Shown: piece after piece, positions 61,493 to 64,000 of the stretch
Layout: every line of letters begins with the position of its first letter
Numbering within the stretch: position 1 is the stretch's first letter
From: an uncultured Planctomycetia bacterium
GTDB lineage: Bacteria; Omnitrophota; Gorgyraeia; Duberdicusellales; 4484-171
Reading direction: 5' to 3'
Length of the DNA stretch: 64,000 nt
NCBI GenBank assembly: GCA_964629655.1
Contig: CAZVQU010000002.1
Coordinates: 396,878-460,877, forward strand
Position numbers and translations under genes: made by a program
The notes under the pieces: model-generated
Told to the model about the DNA's origin: nothing
What the model saw: the letters and a program-made list of their open reading frames with translations, nothing else
Databases searched by the model: none

Positions 61493-62431
61493 TTACTTTG
61501 TCTTGGATTGAATATAATCTTCTATCACCTTTCGGTGGTCAAAAGCTATTTTCCCCGGCAAGGAATCTAATCTAAAAACTCCTGAGTCCTTAGCATCAGA
61601 ATCTGCTCTTAGGTTCCCCTTACCTTCACCGATAAACACAACTGAAGTAGTATGAAAACGCGGGTCCCTATCACCTTGGGAGTAAACTTTAAACTGTTTG
61701 AAATTTTCAAAATTAAGGCTAGTCTCTTCCTTAACCTCTCTGGCTACTGCCGCCTCGACGCTCTCGCCATAGTCAACGAACCCTCCCGGTAAAGCCCAGC
61801 CTAGGGGAGGATTACTGCGCTCAATCATTACAATTCCTCCTCTGTATTCAACTATCCCATCTACGGTAAGAAAAGGACCGGCACTTATCTTCTTACTTAT
61901 ATATTCAAGATAGCTAATTACATTCTTCTCGAAAACCTTAAAGGATTTATCCGAATTTAAAACAAATATTATTTTCTCTAAAGTCGGCTCCTTAACCTGC
62001 CAAAGATATCTAAATACTTCTTGAGCCATTATCTTTGAAGCAGCCTGGAGACTAAACCTTCCCGTTCCACAACCTAAGGCACAGAAAGCAATTGAGCTAA
62101 GCTTATTTTCTTGAGCGCAGATTAAGGACGAATAAGTAGCTCGGCGTATAATCTCCTCGTCAGTCTTAAAATCCATCTTCATTGTGGCAGCATGGACTAC
62201 ATATTTAGCTTTTAAACTCCCGGCTGAGGTTATAATTGCTTGCCCAAGGTTAACCGGACCCTTTTTCATAGCTTCTTGTTCAATTATTCTTCCGCCGGCT
62301 GCCTTTATTGCTCCAGCCACACCTCCGCCCATACGAAATTCATTGTTGGCAGCATTTACTACTGCCTCAGTAGAGCTTTCAGTAATGTCACCCTTAACTA
62401 TCAGAATCTCGGTATTGTTTAATTTCATCAA
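61493..62431 (-). CDS. Macro domain-Nudix hydrolase fusion
   Basis: GDIT, VNAAN, GGGVAGAI and GCGTG macro motifs, then Nudix box GGFVDYGESVEAAVAREVKEET and an RDPR motif. Confidence 0.92.
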   Translation of the reverse strand: MMKLNNTEILIVKGDITESSTEAVVNAANNEFRMGGGVAGAIKAAGGRIIEQEAMKKGPVNLGQAIITSAGSLKAKYVVHAATMKMDFKTDEEIIRRATYSSLICAQENKLSSIAFCALGCGTGRFSLQAASKIMAQEVFRYLWQVKEPTLEKIIFVLNSDKSFKVFEKNVISYLEYISKKISAGPFLTVDGIVEYRGGIVMIERSNPPLGWALPGGFVDYGESVEAAVAREVKEETSLNFENFKQFKVYSQGDRDPRFHTTSVVFIGEGKGNLRADSDAKDSGVFRLDSLPGKIAFDHRKVIEDYIQSKTK

Positions 62432-62442
62432 TGATTCTTCCC

Positions 62443-63873
62443 TTATCCGGCTTTGCTTATAATCTCTCTTGCTCTCTTTAAGGCCTCTTGTTTTGTGGAA
62501 ATCTTGCCTAAAACCTGTTCTTCTTTTACTTTTTGCAAAATTACTCCGACCAAAAGGCCGGATGGAATTTTAAACTTCCTCATAATATTATGCCCATCTA
62601 TTAACCTCGGTAAAGGTTTCTTTTTCTTATCCCCAAAGTACTTATCTACTAAATCCAGCATGATTTCCTCATGCCTTTTCCTCTTTTTGGCATCAGTAAG
62701 AGGCCCCCGGGTTGCCCGCCAATCTGAGAGCGAAAGAATTATTACAGCCGGCCCTTGCTCTTGGGTATCTCGGAAAAACCGGTAAATTGCCCGCTGGGAA
62801 GGATTAACCTGATCAGCTAAATAGCCCGGCCGAAGATGCCAGAAGATTAACTTCATCAGGAGACTCTTCTCTCTTAAAGATAAACGTAAGTTATCAGCTA
62901 TTTTTCCAGCCAGATCCCGGCCTATTTTTTCATGGGCATAAAAAATGGTTTTCTTATTTAGCCTCTTTTTAGCCTTAGGTTTACCGATATCATGCAGGAG
63001 ACAAGCTAATTTTATAATTTGGATTCTTCTTCTCTGGCTGGCTAACTCCTGATTAAGATAAGCTGCTATTTCTTCATTCTTTGCTAACCTCTTAGAAAAG
63101 AAAAGCTCAAATTGTCGTAGAGCCTCCAGAGAGTGCTTCCAGACATCAAGGTGATGGTATGCTCCCTGACCAACACCGCGCATCTTTACAATTTCAGGGA
63201 TAAACTCATCGATTATCTTTAACTTATCGATTACCTTAATAACCTCATAAGAGTTATTGGAAGCAAGTATTTTGAATAGCTCTTGGTTTATTCTCTCTTT
63301 TGAGACCTTTTTGATTAAGCTCTTATGCTTAACCATTAATTTTAAAGTCTTAGCATTAATTCGAAAACCATAATTAGCAACAAATGAAAAACCCCTTAAA
63401 ATCCTTAAAGGATCTCCAGCTATAACTTCATCTTTTACCACCTTGATTACCTTGGCTCCTATATCCTTGCGGGCCTGGAAGTAATCGATAAGTTCTGGCC
63501 TCTTCGCCGATAAAGAGATCGCTAAGGTATTGATGGCGAAATCCCTTAAAGCTAAATCTTCTTTTATGGTTTCACCACGCATAGCGGTAAAATCATAAGT
63601 ATAGATTTTACCTCTCTTCTTTAAAACTACCCGGAAAGACTCCTGAGTCTTATCAAGAGTAATGAATTTAGAAGAGACACTCTTAGCAAATTCCTTTACA
63701 AGGGCTAAGGTTTCTTTCTCAACACAGAAATCAAAATCTACCAACTCTTTCTTTATTCTAAGGTAAGTGTCGCGTAAGACTCCTCCTACCAACCAGATAC
63801 TTAGATTGCGACCTCGGGCAATACGAGAAATTACGGAAAGGTAAGGAATGTTTTTTAAAAGGGAGGAAAACAA
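62443..63873 (-). CDS. Class II tRNA nucleotidyltransferase with HD domain (probably CC-adding type)
   Basis: LVGGVLRD, DFDF, RDFAIN, DPLRILR, SKERI and LLHDIGK motifs. Confidence 0.88.
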   Translation of the reverse strand: MFSSLLKNIPYLSVISRIARGRNLSIWLVGGVLRDTYLRIKKELVDFDFCVEKETLALVKEFAKSVSSKFITLDKTQESFRVVLKKRGKIYTYDFTAMRGETIKEDLALRDFAINTLAISLSAKRPELIDYFQARKDIGAKVIKVVKDEVIAGDPLRILRGFSFVANYGFRINAKTLKLMVKHKSLIKKVSKERINQELFKILASNNSYEVIKVIDKLKIIDEFIPEIVKMRGVGQGAYHHLDVWKHSLEALRQFELFFSKRLAKNEEIAAYLNQELASQRRRIQIIKLACLLHDIGKPKAKKRLNKKTIFYAHEKIGRDLAGKIADNLRLSLREKSLLMKLIFWHLRPGYLADQVNPSQRAIYRFFRDTQEQGPAVIILSLSDWRATRGPLTDAKKRKRHEEIMLDLVDKYFGDKKKKPLPRLIDGHNIMRKFKIPSGLLVGVILQKVKEEQVLGKISTKQEALKRAREIISKAG

Positions 63874-63888
63874 TTTTTCTTTTAACTC

Positions 63889-64000
63889 CTAAGATAATTT
63901 TTCTAAGACTTGCTCTTCTACGAAGATAGGAGATTTACTCCTTACAGCTAGTGCGATGCTGTCTGAAGGACGGGCATCAACCACTTTAGGTTTTTTTTCG
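63889..64000 (-). CDS. Bifunctional nuclease (DUF151) family protein, C-terminal fragment
   Basis: Manual translation ...[36 protein letters not shown]; DARPSD.IALA is the DUF151 signature. Confidence 0.85.
   Translation of the reverse strand, partial: EKKPKVVDARPSDSIALAVRSKSPIFVEEQVLEKLS

Noticed and set aside
308-62785. Numerous short plus-strand and alternate-frame ORFs in the ORF track
   Set aside because: All lie within well-supported minus-strand genes, have biased S/P/F/L shadow composition and show no recognisable motifs.

Overview
Bacterial chromosomal window of roughly 40% GC by eye, with every credible gene on the minus strand. Gene content (giant ORF, T2SS/T4P-type secretins, small MerR-like gene, divergent F-type ATPase genes) suggests Candidatus Omnitrophota or a similar PVC-type lineage; this is an inference. 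The right ~16 kb (47.8-64 kb) is housekeeping: DUF151, tRNA nucleotidyltransferase, Macro-Nudix, recG, rsmD, coaD, yceD, rpmF, plsX-fabH-fabD-fabG-acpP-fabF, leuC-leuD-leuB, asd and truA. The left ~47.5 kb is a co-oriented cell-surface locus. In transcription order it holds two tandem paralogous cassettes (MerR-like HTH, collapsed mini-ORFs, secretin, TPR-tipped coiled coil of 2263 aa or 308 aa). Next come a HisKA_3/NarL two-component pair and a 9419-aa giant surface protein (5 DUF2341-like, ~8 LamG-like, 11 glycine-rich modules, ~15 Ig-like repeats). It ends with a membrane-anchored partner, a REC-GGDEF diguanylate cyclase and a non-canonical F-type ATPase cluster (c, secreted metallopeptidase, b-delta fusion, alpha) that runs off the left edge. 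Notable signals: a 279-bp perfect direct repeat, chains of translationally coupled mini-ORFs that keep only the first and last codons of deleted genes, paralogous coiled-coil stalks differing about 11-fold in length, and nested domain insertions in the giant protein. No rRNA, tRNA, CRISPR array or transposase was seen.
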